From Chthonomonadales bacterium (GTDB lineage Bacteria > Armatimonadota > Chthonomonadetes > Chthonomonadales > CAJBBX01), in NCBI GenBank assembly GCA_020849275.1, contig JADLGO010000027.1:6562-70561 (forward strand): a DNA stretch of 64,000 bases, in the 5' to 3' direction. The notes beneath the pieces were generated by a model, which was given only the letters and a program-made list of their open reading frames with translations, had not been told where the DNA came from and searched no databases. Below, in pieces: positions 1 through 9,752 of the stretch (position 1 is the first letter of the stretch; each line of letters opens with the position of its first letter). Both the position numbers and the translations under genes were made by a program.

Positions 1-1433
1 TCCTCGCCGCGCGAGAGATCCTCCAGACGCTCCCGAACGAAGGCGCCGTCAACGGTGACGTGAGGGCTATCCACGTCCGGCGCCTCGAACGACAGGTCCT
101 CCAGCAGCCTCTCGAGCACCGTATGCAGGCGGCGCGCGCCGATGTTCTCGGCGTTCTGGTTTACCCGCGCGGCGATGCGCGAGATCTCGCCGACGGCCTC
201 CTCGGTGAACTCCAGCGTGACGCCCTCGGTCGCGAGCAACTCCGCGTACTGGCGCACCAGGGCGTTGCGCGGCTCGGTGAGGATGCGGCGGAAGTCCTCC
301 TCGGTGAGGCTCTCCAGTTCGACTCGAATCGGCAACCGGCCCTGCAACTCGGGGATCAGGTCGGCCGGTTTGGAGACGTGGAAGGCGCCGGCGGCGATGA
401 AGAGCACGTGGTCGGTGCGGACCGGGCCGAACTTGGTGGCGACGGTGGAGCCCTCGATGATGGGCAGGAGGTCGCGCTGGACGCCCTCGCGCGACACGTC
501 CGGCCCGGCGCCGCCCTCGCGGCCGGCGATCTTGTCCAGTTCGTCCAGGAAGATGATTCCGGTCTCCTCGGCGCGGTGCACGGCGTCGCGCACGAGCGCG
601 TCCTGGTCGATCATCGCGCGGGCCTCCTCCTGCGTGAGGATCTGGCGTGCCTCGCGGACGGTGACCGAGCGCTGCTTACGGCCGCGGTTCATCAGACTGC
701 CGAAGGCATTCTGGAGGTCCGCCATGGCCATCTCCTCCATGCCCTGCGGCGAGAAGACCTGCAGGAAGGGTGAGTGGCTCTGCTCGACCTCGATGCTGAC
801 CTTCTCCTCGTCCTTCAGGCCGGAGGCCACCTGCTCGCGGAGCCGCTTGCGGATGCGCTCCTCGCGCTGGCGCAGGCTCACCTCCTCCTCGCCTTCCTCC
901 GCCCCTTCCTCGACGGGCGCCTCGGCGCTCTGCTTCCCGCCGAAGAAGCTGCCCATGGCCTGCCGAAACAGGTCGGCGCTGTCGCGATCTTCGCCCCGCC
1001 GGCGTCCGCGGCGGCGGCGCGGCGGATGCAGGAGGTCGACGATGCGCGCGATGGCGCGGTTCTCGGCTTCGGCGCGCACCTCGGCCACCTTCTCGGCCTC
1101 CACCATGCGCACCGCCGTCTGCACCAGGTCGCGGACCATTGAGTCGACGTCGCGGCCCACATAGCCGACCTCGGTGAACTTGGTCGCCTCGATCTTGATG
1201 AACGGCGCCCTGGCCAGTGCGGCCAGGCGGCGCGCGATCTCGGTCTTGCCCACGCCGGTCGGCCCGATCATCAGTATGTTCTTGGGGATGATCTCCTCGC
1301 GCATCTCCTCTGGCAGGCGGCGCCTCCGGTAGCGGTTGCGCAGGGCGATCGCCACCGCGCGCTTGGCCGCCGTCTGTCCGACGATGTATTTGTCTAGCTC
1401 CGCGACGATCTGGCGCGGGGTGAGATCATCCAT
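1..1433 (-). CDS. hslU: ATP-dependent protease ATPase subunit HslU (C-terminus cut by window edge)
   Basis: Minus-strand frame is open to the left edge, so it is absent from the ORF track. ATG at 1433. N-terminus reads [20 protein letters not shown]. Walker [16 protein letters not shown] is present, followed by an I-domain-like insert and [22 protein letters not shown]-type motifs. Confidence 0.9.
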   Translation of the reverse strand, partial: MDDLTPRQIVAELDKYIVGQTAAKRAVAIALRNRYRRRRLPEEMREEIIPKNILMIGPTGVGKTEIARRLAALARAPFIKIEATKFTEVGYVGRDVDSMVRDLVQTAVRMVEAEKVAEVRAEAENRAIARIVDLLHPPRRRRGRRRGEDRDSADLFRQAMGSFFGGKQSAEAPVEEGAEEGEEEVSLRQREERIRKRLREQVASGLKDEEKVSIEVEQSHSPFLQVFSPQGMEEMAMADLQNAFGSLMNRGRKQRSVTVREARQILTQEEARAMIDQDALVRDAVHRAEETGIIFLDELDKIAGREGGAGPDVSREGVQRDLLPIIEGSTVATKFGPVRTDHVLFIAAGAFHVSKPADLIPELQGRLPIRVELESLTEEDFRRILTEPRNALVRQYAELLATEGVTLEFTEEAVGEISRIAARVNQNAENIGARRLHTVLERLLEDLSFEAPDVDSPHVTVDGAFVRERLEDLSRGE

Positions 1434-1800
1434 CAAGTGAACGACGCGGGGCCCGTCGCCTTGGGGCGGCAGGTGGAGCGTCCGCCCGCTCAGGCAGACA
1501 AGGGCGCGAAGCGGCCTGCCCGAGGGGGCACGTTCGAGTGCGCCTGTCTGCCGTTCAGAGCCCCGAGTCTACTCCTTTCGTCTGACTGTCCGTTTATGCA
1601 TCAGGTCCCGCCATGGGCGATCGGCTCTCCCGACCTGGCGAAGGGCCTCCGGCGGTCTACTGCTCGCCGCCCCTTGTTCGACATGGTGGACGCGACCGCC
1701 GCCGCCAGCCGGATCCTCCTCGCCGCCACCCACGCGCATCTGGCCAACGCGAACGCCAGCACCACGATGGCCGCGGGATCGTGCTCGCGTGGCTCGACGC

Positions 1801-2952
1801 TCAGGCGGCAAGCTCCACGATGCGCGCCGCGGCCTCCTGCATGGTGGCGGCAGGGACCAGGTTGGTGGCACGGAGCATCTCGGCGCCCTCCGCGGCGCGC
1901 GTGCCGGCGAGCCGCACCACCATCGGCACGCGGATGTCCATCTGCTCGGTGGCCGCGAGCACTCCGCGCGCCACCTCGTCGCCCCGCGTGATGCCGCCGA
2001 AGATGTTGAACAGGACGCCTCTCACATTGGGATCCATCAGCACGATCTCGAGCGCGTTGCGCACGAGGTCGGCACGGGCGCCCCCGCCGATGTCCAGGAA
2101 GTCGGCGGCACGGCCGCCCGCGCGCGCCACCTCGTCGAGCGTGGCCATCACGAGGCCGGCGCCGTTGCCGATGACCCCGATGTGGCCGCCCAAGCGCACG
2201 TACTGGATGCCGCGCCGGTGCGCCTCGGCCTCGATCGGGTCATCCTCGCTCTCTTCCTTATACGCCTCCAACTCGGGATGGCGGTACAGCGCGTTGTCGT
2301 CGACGGTCACCTTGGCGTCGGCGGCCAGCAAGCGGCCGTCGGCGGTCACTGCGAGCGGGTTAACCTCGAGCAGGGAGGCGTCGGCGCGGATGAAGGCATC
2401 GAACAGGCGGGGCAGAAGGGGAACGGCCTGCCGGAGCGTGTCGGCCGGGAGGCCGGCCTCGAAGCAGAGCTGGCGGACCTGGTAGTCGCGCAGCCCGAGA
2501 GCCGGATCGATGACGGCGCGGGCGATGGCTTGCGGGTGCTCCTCGGCCACGGCCTCGATGTCCATGCCGCCCATCGCGCTCAGGATCAGCACGTTGCGCT
2601 GCGAGGCACGGTCGGGCAGGATGCCCAGGTAGAGTTCGCGCGCGATCTTGATCGGTTCCTCGGCCAGGAGGCGCTCGACGCGCACGCCCTGCGGCGCCTG
2701 GGCGGTCTTCAGCAGCATGCCGAGCATCTCGGAGGCGAGGGAGGCGGCGTGGTCGGGGCTCTCGGCGATCCGGATGCCGCCGCCCTTGCCGCGACCGCCC
2801 ACGTGCACCTGCGCCTTCAGCACGGCGCGGCCTCCCAGTCGCTCCGCCGCGGCTCGCGCCTCCTCCGGCGTCGTCGCGGTGCCGCCACTGCGCGGTACGG
2901 GCACCCCCTGGCGCGCCAGCATCTCCTTCGCCTGATACTCGTGTAGCTTCAC
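1801..2952 (-). CDS. sucC: Succinate--CoA ligase (ADP-forming) beta subunit
   Basis: GTG at 2952 gives VKLHEYQAKEMLARQGVPVP, the canonical SucC N-terminus. GGAGG lies 6-10 nt upstream. ATP-grasp and CoA-ligase domains are present (GNGAGLVMATLD, NIFGGITR). The ORF-track start at 3003 is probably an over-extension. Confidence 0.9.
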   Translation of the reverse strand: MKLHEYQAKEMLARQGVPVPRSGGTATTPEEARAAAERLGGRAVLKAQVHVGGRGKGGGIRIAESPDHAASLASEMLGMLLKTAQAPQGVRVERLLAEEPIKIARELYLGILPDRASQRNVLILSAMGGMDIEAVAEEHPQAIARAVIDPALGLRDYQVRQLCFEAGLPADTLRQAVPLLPRLFDAFIRADASLLEVNPLAVTADGRLLAADAKVTVDDNALYRHPELEAYKEESEDDPIEAEAHRRGIQYVRLGGHIGVIGNGAGLVMATLDEVARAGGRAADFLDIGGGARADLVRNALEIVLMDPNVRGVLFNIFGGITRGDEVARGVLAATEQMDIRVPMVVRLAGTRAAEGAEMLRATNLVPAATMQEAAARIVELAA

Positions 2953-2983
2953 GGCCCCCTCCACCTGGCGTTTGACCACCCTC

Positions 2984-3013
2984 ATGATAGCCGGTCGAGC
3001 CAACGCCGGTCAA
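2984..3013 (-). promoter_or_regulatory. Candidate sigma70 promoter of sucC (TTGACC-18 nt-TATCAT)
   Basis: On the minus strand, TTGACC (3013-3008) is followed by an 18-nt spacer and TATCAT (2989-2984). This sits about 30 nt upstream of the sucC GTG. Confidence 0.35.
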
Positions 3014-3183
3014 GGATGGCTCGGGCACCGCCAGCGCCCGGCGGCCGCACGGCCCGCGAATCCGCCCTGAAGAGCGCCGCCTCGCCTGCCAACAATGCCG
3101 GTAGCCGGCCCGCGCATGCGGGCCAGGCGCGGCGCGGCCCACCGCGGAGCGGCGCGCCCCTCTTCTCAGCAGGACAGGCCAAC

Positions 3184-3576
3184 GTGCTGGACCGACTTCT
3201 GAACACCCCGGCCATGCTGACGGCGCGCGGCGCGCTTACCGGCATGGCGGCGCGCCATGCCGCCCTGGCCGACAATCTGGCCAACGTCAACACCCCGGGC
3301 TACAAGCGCAAGGAGGTGCCGTTCGAGGCGGCGCTCTCGGGCGCCGTCCAGGCGCGGCTTCGCGCCAGAGATCGTGGCGCGCGGATCGAGGAGAGGCCCT
3401 TTCGGCCGGTCGTGGCGCGCGACACGCTGACGATGGGCCGGGAGGACGGCAACAACGTGGACGTCGAGCGGGAATTGGTGCAGCTCACGGACAACGCAAC
3501 TCGCTACCAGACCGTTACGCAGTGCGTGAGCATGATGTTCGCCGGGCTCAAGCTCGTCATCAACGGCGGACGCTAG
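3184..3576 (+). CDS. flgB: Flagellar basal-body rod protein FlgB
   Basis: An in-frame GTG at 3184 gives VLDRLLNTPAMLTARGALTGMAARHAALADNLANVNTPGYKRKEV, the rod-protein N-terminal motif. The Arg/Pro-rich extension from 3016 looks non-genuine. Confidence 0.85.
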   Translation: MLDRLLNTPAMLTARGALTGMAARHAALADNLANVNTPGYKRKEVPFEAALSGAVQARLRARDRGARIEERPFRPVVARDTLTMGREDGNNVDVERELVQLTDNATRYQTVTQCVSMMFAGLKLVINGGR

Positions 3577-3629
3577 GCGGTCGCGGCGCGGGCGGCCTCC
3601 CGGCGCGGCCCCCAAACCTGGAGTGATCT

Positions 3630-4061
3630 ATGAGCATCTCGCGTTCGCTGGAGATCGCGGCATCCGGCCTCACGGCCCAGCGCGTCCGCATGGACACCAT
3701 CGCGGGCAACATAGCCAACATCAACACGACCCGTACCGCCGACGGCCAACCCTACCGGCGGCGGGTGGCGGTACTCCAGGCGCAGGGGGGCGGCTTCGCT
3801 GGGGCGTTCGGACGGGCGCGGGAGGGAGCCGCTGGCGTGCGGGTCGCGCGCATCGCCGAGGATCGCAGCCCGCTGCGAAGGGTCTACGAGCCGGGCCATC
3901 CCGACGCGGACGCGCAGGGCTACCTGACCATGCCGAACGTGAACCCGGTCACCGAGATGGTGGACCTGATGATGGCGACGCGGGCGTACGAGGCCGGGGT
4001 CTCCGCCATCGGGGCCACGCGGCAGATGCAGCAGAAGGCGTTGGAGATCGGAAGGGCATAG
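3630..4061 (+). CDS. flgC: Flagellar basal-body rod protein FlgC
   Basis: N-terminus MSISRSLEIAASGLTAQRVRMDTIAGNIANINTTRT and C-terminus MPNVNPVTEMVDLMMATRAYEA. Confidence 0.9.
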   Translation: MSISRSLEIAASGLTAQRVRMDTIAGNIANINTTRTADGQPYRRRVAVLQAQGGGFAGAFGRAREGAAGVRVARIAEDRSPLRRVYEPGHPDADAQGYLTMPNVNPVTEMVDLMMATRAYEAGVSAIGATRQMQQKALEIGRA

Positions 4062-4065
4062 GGGT

Positions 4066-4374
4066 ATGCGAATAGAGCCGATCGACCGGATCCGCGCCGG
4101 CTCCGCGGTCGGGGCGCCACAGCCGCCCCTCCACGTGGAGGAGCCCGCGGAGGGGAAGAGCTTCGGCGAGTTCCTCGGCGAGGCGCTAGGCGGCGTGAAC
4201 GCGGCGCAGAGCAACTCCGCCAGCATGGTGCAGCGCTTCGCATCCGGCGAGCGACTGGACATTCACGATGTGATGATCGCGATGGAGCAGGCCAGCACGG
4301 CCATGGCGCTGACCGTTCAGGTGCGCAACAAGCTCGTGGAGGCCTACCAGGAGGTCATGCGCACCCAGGTGTAG
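4066..4374 (+). CDS. fliE: Flagellar hook-basal body complex protein FliE
   Basis: 102 aa. The C-terminus DIHDVMIAMEQASTAMALTVQVRNKLVEAYQEVMRTQV is FliE-like. It sits in the canonical position after flgC. Confidence 0.85.
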   Translation: MRIEPIDRIRAGSAVGAPQPPLHVEEPAEGKSFGEFLGEALGGVNAAQSNSASMVQRFASGERLDIHDVMIAMEQASTAMALTVQVRNKLVEAYQEVMRTQV

Positions 4375-4487
4375 GCCTGGGGCGCGCTGCGAAGCGCCGC
4401 GCAGCCAGGCGGTCCAACGGCCCGCGAACGGGCTGGGCGAGGGCGCTCCCACGGCGTGGGGAACTCGAACGCAAAGGATGAGCGACC

Positions 4488-6158
4488 ATGCGCGATGCTC
4501 TGCGGCGTCTGCGTGAGGCGTGGGAGAACACCAGCCAGACCAACCGCATCCTCCTGGCGGCGACGGTGGCCGCCGGCCTGTTCGTGGGGATCGGGACCCT
4601 CTACTGGGCCAGCCGTCCAGAGTACGTGGCGCTGAACCCCGATGCCGCTCCGCGCGACACGCAGGCCATTATCACTTACCTCGACGGTCACAAGGTCGAT
4701 TACCGCGTGCGTGCTGACGGCGCCACCATCGAGGTGCCCGCCGCACAGCGGCCGAAGCTGCAGATGGCCCTGGCCAGCGAGAAGCTCCTCAACTCCGGGT
4801 CCCTGGGCTACGGCTTGCTGGACAAGGTACCCTTCGGCCAGACCCAGGCGATGGAGCAGCTCACCATCAAGCGCGCCGCCGAGGGCGAGCTAGAGAACGC
4901 GATCGGGTCCCTCGAGCAGGTCTCCGATGCCCGCGTCACCTACGCTCCCGGTGAGTCCTCGCCCTTCGTCACGCAGACCAGGGAGCCCACCGCCAGCGTT
5001 GTGGTGCACGTCAAGCCCGGCTACGAACTGGACAAGAACAACGTGCGCGCCATCGCGACGCTGGTCGGGCACGCCTTTACGGGCCTGGACCCGGAGAAGG
5101 TGACGGTGGTGGACGGGCAGATGAACCAGCTCTGGCCGCGCCCGGACACCGTGGCCGGCGGGCTCGGCGCCGCCGAGCGGCGCGCGCAGGAGCGCGAGTA
5201 TGAGGAGCAGGTGGCCCGGCGCGTGCAGCAGCAGGTTCGCGCCGTGGTGGGGGCGGACAAGTTCACCGCCACCGTCTCGGCCGTGCTCAACCTCGACTCG
5301 CAGCGCGAGGAGCGCCGCGAGGTGACGGCCGGCGCGCCGCGCGTCAAGGAGACCGTCAGCGAGAAGTACAGCGGCGCGGGCGCCGCAGGCATCGCCGCCG
5401 CGCGGCCCGCGAGCGGCGGGGCCGGCGGACCGGCCAACCCGCCGGCCTATGCGGCGGTCGACCCCGGCGCGGGCGAGGCCGGCGGCACCTACGCGGGCGA
5501 GCAGTCGACCACGACGATGGACAACGCGGTCACCGAGACGCACATCGAGCGCGCGCCGGGCGAGGTGAAGGCGCTCGCCGTCTCGCTGCTGCTGGACAGC
5601 TCCGTGCCGCAGGAGACGGCCGACGCGATCCGCAAGGACATCGAGACGCTCGTCGGCGCCGGCCAGAGCTCCGCGGCCGCCGGCCGCCGGGTCTCCGTGC
5701 AACGCGTGACGCTCGACCAGAGCGCACGCGAGGCCGAGCGCAAGGCGGCCTCGGAGGCGGCCTCGGCGGAGCGGATCGCGCGGTGGCTCAACTACGGTCT
5801 GCCGATCGCGGTCGTGCTGATCATGCTCCTGATCCTGGCGCGCAGCCTGCGCTCCCCGGCGAGCCGGCAGCTCGCGCTAGCGCGAGCTGCCCAGGGTGCG
5901 CTCGCGGGCGCCGGGGCCGGCGGCGGGCAACTCGACATTCGCGTGGGCGACGCCCCGCAGTCGACGCGCGGGGCGACGGGCGGCGACGGTGACGAAGGCC
6001 GCGTGGTGGGCGTGACGGCCGCCGAGACGGATCACGTGTTCGAGGTCATTCCGGAGGCGTTCGACTCCAACCTCGAGAGCATCCTGCACCTCTCGAAGAG
6101 CAGTCCGGAGATCGTTGCCAGCCTGGTGCGGGGCTGGCTGAGCGAAGACAAGAAGTAG
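4488..6158 (+). CDS. fliF: Flagellar M-ring protein FliF
   Basis: 556 aa. It has an N-terminal TM segment, YscJ/FliF-type ring-building motifs (YVALNPD..., IEVPAAQRPKLQMALASE), a second TM segment and a C-terminal FliG-binding tail. Confidence 0.9.
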   Translation: MRDALRRLREAWENTSQTNRILLAATVAAGLFVGIGTLYWASRPEYVALNPDAAPRDTQAIITYLDGHKVDYRVRADGATIEVPAAQRPKLQMALASEKLLNSGSLGYGLLDKVPFGQTQAMEQLTIKRAAEGELENAIGSLEQVSDARVTYAPGESSPFVTQTREPTASVVVHVKPGYELDKNNVRAIATLVGHAFTGLDPEKVTVVDGQMNQLWPRPDTVAGGLGAAERRAQEREYEEQVARRVQQQVRAVVGADKFTATVSAVLNLDSQREERREVTAGAPRVKETVSEKYSGAGAAGIAAARPASGGAGGPANPPAYAAVDPGAGEAGGTYAGEQSTTTMDNAVTETHIERAPGEVKALAVSLLLDSSVPQETADAIRKDIETLVGAGQSSAAAGRRVSVQRVTLDQSAREAERKAASEAASAERIARWLNYGLPIAVVLIMLLILARSLRSPASRQLALARAAQGALAGAGAGGGQLDIRVGDAPQSTRGATGGDGDEGRVVGVTAAETDHVFEVIPEAFDSNLESILHLSKSSPEIVASLVRGWLSEDKK

Positions 6159-6176
6159 ACGCGAGGAGACCCGGCC

Positions 6177-7187
6177 GTGCCCAGACAACAGACCCTCCCT
6201 CCCAGGCAGAAGGCCGCCGTCCTCCTGATCGCGCTTGGGCCCGAGGTGACCGCCAGGCTGTTCCAGCACCTCACCGAGGAGGAGGTCGAGCAGCTCACCA
6301 TCGAGGTGGCCAGGCTCGGCAAGGTGCCCCACGGCGAGCGCAACGCCGTCATCGCCGAGTTTCGCGAGATGTGCATGGCGCAGGAGTTCATCTCCGAGGG
6401 CGGCATCGAGCACGCAAAGGGCTTCCTGGAGTCGGCCTTTGGCGCCGACAAGGCCAACGGGATCATCGACCGGGTGATCCAGGCCCTACAGGTGCTGCCC
6501 TTCGACTTCGCCAAGAAGGCCGACCCCACGCAGCTCCTCTCCTACCTTCAGGAGGAGCACCCGCAGACCATCGCGCTCATCCTGGCCCACCTCCCGCCGA
6601 AGCAGTCGGCGGCCGTCCTCTCCGGCCTCCCGCAGGAGGTTCGCGCGGAGGTAGCCCGCCGCATGGCGATCATGGACCGCACCCCGCCCGAGGTGATCCG
6701 CGAGATCGAGAGGGTGCTCGAACGCAAGCTCTCCTCCGTCGTGACCCAGAACTTCACCGCCGTGGGCGGTGTGAAGTCGCTCGTCGAGGTGCTCAACTAC
6801 GTGGACCGGCAGACGGAGCGCACGATCCTCGAGTGGCTCTCGGAGAACAACCCCGAGTTGGCCGACGAGGTGAAGAAGCTGATGTTCGTGTTCGAGGACA
6901 TCACCGTGCTGGACGACGCGGCCATCCAGAAGGTGCTCCGCGAGGTTGACCTCAAGGAGTTGTCGCTGGCGCTGAAGTCGGTGAGCGAGGACGTGCAGAA
7001 TCGCATCTTCAAGAACATGTCGGAGCGCGCGGCCAACATGCTGCGGGAGGACATGGAGTTCATGGGGCCGGTTCGACTGCGGGCGGTGGAGGAGGCCCAG
7101 CAGCGCATCGTGGGCATCATTCGGCGGCTGGAGGAGAGCGGCGAGATCGTGATCGCGCGCGGCGGCGGGGAGGAGATCGTTGTCTGA
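6177..7187 (+). CDS. fliG: Flagellar motor switch protein FliG
   Basis: GTG start with GAGGAG upstream. Motifs QKAAVLLIALGPE, EHPQTIALILAHL, MFVFEDI and a torque-helix region are present. Confidence 0.92.
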   Translation: MPRQQTLPPRQKAAVLLIALGPEVTARLFQHLTEEEVEQLTIEVARLGKVPHGERNAVIAEFREMCMAQEFISEGGIEHAKGFLESAFGADKANGIIDRVIQALQVLPFDFAKKADPTQLLSYLQEEHPQTIALILAHLPPKQSAAVLSGLPQEVRAEVARRMAIMDRTPPEVIREIERVLERKLSSVVTQNFTAVGGVKSLVEVLNYVDRQTERTILEWLSENNPELADEVKKLMFVFEDITVLDDAAIQKVLREVDLKELSLALKSVSEDVQNRIFKNMSERAANMLREDMEFMGPVRLRAVEEAQQRIVGIIRRLEESGEIVIARGGGEEIVV

Positions 7188-7899
7188 GGCGCGCGCCCCG
7201 GGGCCCACCCAGGCCGCCGTCTTCGAGGACATCGGCTCCGTCGCGCGGCAGGAGCGGCACCGGCTGTTCGGGCCGGAGCCTGAAGCGCCCGCCGCCGCCG
7301 AGGCCCGCCAGAGGGGCGAGGCGGAGGCTGCCGGGATGCTCGCTCGCGCGCGCCGCGACGCCGCCGCGTTCGGACAGAAGGCCCGTGAGGATGGCTACCG
7401 CGACGGGCATGCCGAGGGCTACGCGATCGGGCGCGGCGAGGGACAGCGAGCGTTCGACGCCGAGCGCGCCGCGATGCGGGCCGACGTCGAGGCCCTGACG
7501 GCGCGGATCGCCGAGGAGCGCGCGCGCATCTGGAGGGACTGCGAAGAGGACGTGATCCGGCTCGTGCTGGAGATCGCCCGCAAGGTGGTGAAGGACGACG
7601 CCGAGGTCAACCGCGGGATCGCGCTCTCCACCATACGAAACGCGCTGCGGCGCGTCGTGGCGACCGACGAGGTGCGGATTCGCGTGAACGTGCTGGATCT
7701 GGAGACGGTGCGCTCCTCGCGCGCCGACCTGATGGAGATGCTGGACGGCGTCCGGCACCTGGAACTGGTGGAGGACCGGCGCGTCTCTCCTGGCGGCTGC
7801 GTGGTGGAGACGGCCAACGGCGCCATCGATGCCCGGATCGACACGCAGGTGGGTGAGATCGAGACGGCCCTGCTCGGCATGGCCCGGGAGGCGCGATGA
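7180..7899 (+). CDS. fliH: Flagellar assembly protein FliH
   Basis: TTG start overlapping the fliG stop by 8 nt, with GGGGAGGAG upstream. Coiled-coil E/A/R-rich N-terminus and a C-terminus [19 protein letters not shown] typical of FliH/YscL. Confidence 0.8.
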   Translation: MSEARAPGPTQAAVFEDIGSVARQERHRLFGPEPEAPAAAEARQRGEAEAAGMLARARRDAAAFGQKAREDGYRDGHAEGYAIGRGEGQRAFDAERAAMRADVEALTARIAEERARIWRDCEEDVIRLVLEIARKVVKDDAEVNRGIALSTIRNALRRVVATDEVRIRVNVLDLETVRSSRADLMEMLDGVRHLELVEDRRVSPGGCVVETANGAIDARIDTQVGEIETALLGMAREAR

Positions 7900-7930
7900 G
7901 CGTGCGCGCCGGGCCGACGGGGAACTGGCC

Positions 7931-9274
7931 GTGTCGGTGAGGACGTGCGAGGGCGGCTGGCCCCGCGTCGATCTCGAGGCATACTGCGAGTTCGTGCGCG
8001 GGTTCGACCCGGTGAAGGTGAACGGCCGCGTGACGGACGTGATCGGGCTGGTCATCGAGTCGGCCGGACCGAGCGCGATGATCGGCGAGGTGTGCAGCGT
8101 TCGCCGCGGCCGGCAGGGGACCTCCATCCCTGCCGAGGTGGTGGGCTTCCGCGGCAGCCGGGTACTGCTGATGCCGCTCGCGCCCATGGAGGGCATCCGG
8201 GCCGGCAGCGAGGTGGTGGCCACGCGCTCTTCCCACAGGGTGGCCGTGGGTGAGGCGCTGCTCGGACGCGTGCTCGACGGGCTCGGCGAGCCGGCCGATG
8301 GCGGCCCGTTGCCAGCCTGCTCGGCGCTCTACCCCGTGCAGGCACCGCCGCCGGGCGCGCTCGGACGGGCGCGCATCACGGAGCCCCTGTCGCTGGGCGT
8401 TCGCGCCATCGACGGCTGCCTGACCGTGGGGCGCGGTCAGCGCATCGGCATCTTCGCCGGCTCCGGTGTCGGAAAGAGCACCGTGCTCGGCATGATCGCC
8501 CGCAACACCAGCGCCGACGTGAACGTGATCGCGCTCACCGGCGAGCGTGGGCGCGAGGTGCGCGACTTCATCGAGGAGTCCCTCGGCGAGGCGGGGCTTC
8601 GCCGCTCCGTCGTAATCGTGGCGACGTCCGACCAGCCGGCGCTCGTACGCATCAAGTCGGCGCTCGTGGCGACCGCCGTGGCCGAGTACTTCCGCGACCA
8701 GGGCGCCGACGTCATGCTCATGATGGACTCGGTCACGCGCCTCGCCATGGCGCAGCGGGAGGTTGGTCTGGCCATCGGCGAGCCGCCCGCCACGCGCGGC
8801 TACACGCCCTCCGTGTTCGCGCTGTTGCCGCGCCTCCTTGAGCGCGCCGGGACCTCCGAGCGCGGCAGCATCACCGGACTGTACACGGTGCTCGTGGAGG
8901 GCGACGACATGAACGAGCCAGTGGCCGACGCGGTGCGAGGCATCCTGGACGGGCACATCGTGCTGTCGCGGGCGTTGGCGCAGCAGAACCACTACCCGGC
9001 GATCGACGTGCTTCAGAGCGTCTCGCGGCTCATGCCGTCCATCGCCTCGCCCGAGCATATGGCCGCCGCGGGCGAGCTTCGCTTCCTCCTGGCGACCTAC
9101 CGGGAGGCCGAGGACCTGATCAACATCGGCGCGTACGTCGATGGCACGAACCCGCGGATCGACCGCGCGCGTCGCTGCATCGAGGCGATCCGCGCGTTCC
9201 TGCGGCAGCGGCCGGACGAGCCATGCACGTTCGAGCAGGCGCGCGACGCGCTGGCGCCGCTCCTAGCCGCCTGA
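7931..9274 (+). CDS. fliI: Flagellum-specific ATP synthase FliI
   Basis: Walker A GSGVGKST and Walker [10 protein letters not shown], with an F1-beta-like fold. The start is uncertain: GTG 7931 or 7937 is preferred, and the ORF-track ATG at 7829 would overlap fliH by 70 nt. Confidence 0.9.
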   Translation: MSVRTCEGGWPRVDLEAYCEFVRGFDPVKVNGRVTDVIGLVIESAGPSAMIGEVCSVRRGRQGTSIPAEVVGFRGSRVLLMPLAPMEGIRAGSEVVATRSSHRVAVGEALLGRVLDGLGEPADGGPLPACSALYPVQAPPPGALGRARITEPLSLGVRAIDGCLTVGRGQRIGIFAGSGVGKSTVLGMIARNTSADVNVIALTGERGREVRDFIEESLGEAGLRRSVVIVATSDQPALVRIKSALVATAVAEYFRDQGADVMLMMDSVTRLAMAQREVGLAIGEPPATRGYTPSVFALLPRLLERAGTSERGSITGLYTVLVEGDDMNEPVADAVRGILDGHIVLSRALAQQNHYPAIDVLQSVSRLMPSIASPEHMAAAGELRFLLATYREAEDLINIGAYVDGTNPRIDRARRCIEAIRAFLRQRPDEPCTFEQARDALAPLLAA

Positions 9275-9299
9275 GGCGGCGCGCGTCGAGGAGGGACGC

Positions 9300-9752
9300 T
9301 TGGGGCGTTTCCACTTCAAGCTGGAGGCGGTGCTGGGCTACCGGCGGACCGTGGAGGAGCAGAGGCTGCGGGCTCTCGCCGCAGTGCAGGCGGAGTTGGC
9401 GGCCTGCGGCGCGCGGCTCGATGCCCTCCGCGCGGAGCGCAGCCAGACGCTGGACGAGTGGCCCACGCGCGTTGACGTCATCGACGCCGGGCGGCGCGAG
9501 GCCTACCTGGCCTCGCTGTGTGCGCGCATCGAGGGTGAGGAGCGCGTTCGCGAGAGCATCGAGGAGCGCCTGAGCGTGGCGCGGGCGGCGCTCCTGGCGG
9601 CCCGGCAGGCGGCCGAGGCGCTCGAGACGCTGCGGGAGCGCGCGCTGGACGCGCATCGCCGCGATGCCCTGCTTCGGGAGCAGGCCGCGCTGGACGAGGC
9701 CGCCGTGTTGCGCCACGCGAGGGCCGCCGCGGCAGACGGGAGAGGATCGTGA
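9300..9752 (+). CDS. fliJ: Flagellar export chaperone FliJ
   Basis: TTG start preceded by GAGGAGGGA. 150-aa coiled-coil protein beginning FHFKLEAVLGYRRTVEEQ, located after fliI. Confidence 0.7.
   Translation: MGRFHFKLEAVLGYRRTVEEQRLRALAAVQAELAACGARLDALRAERSQTLDEWPTRVDVIDAGRREAYLASLCARIEGEERVRESIEERLSVARAALLAARQAAEALETLRERALDAHRRDALLREQAALDEAAVLRHARAAAADGRGS

Noticed and set aside
1480-1560. Possible CIRCE-like heat-shock operator upstream of hslU (GCACTC...GTGC)
   Set aside because: It lacks the TTAGCACTC-N9-GAGTGCTAA inverted-repeat structure. Only a 4-bp local stem is present.
3017-3031. Sigma54-like TGGCTC-N5-ccGC upstream of flgB
   Set aside because: Both half-sites deviate from consensus, and it lies about 150 nt from the start codon. 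It cannot be distinguished from chance in GC-rich DNA.
3016-3183. Upstream extension of flgB (ORF-track start 3016), with similar extensions for sucC (3003), ispG (23595), the GH116-like gene (56653), the porin (61090), PFOR (43656), dxr (51057) and rseP (52237)
   Set aside because: The extensions are Arg/Pro/Ala-rich and overlap neighbouring genes or promoters. Internal starts with Shine-Dalgarno motifs reproduce the canonical family N-termini.
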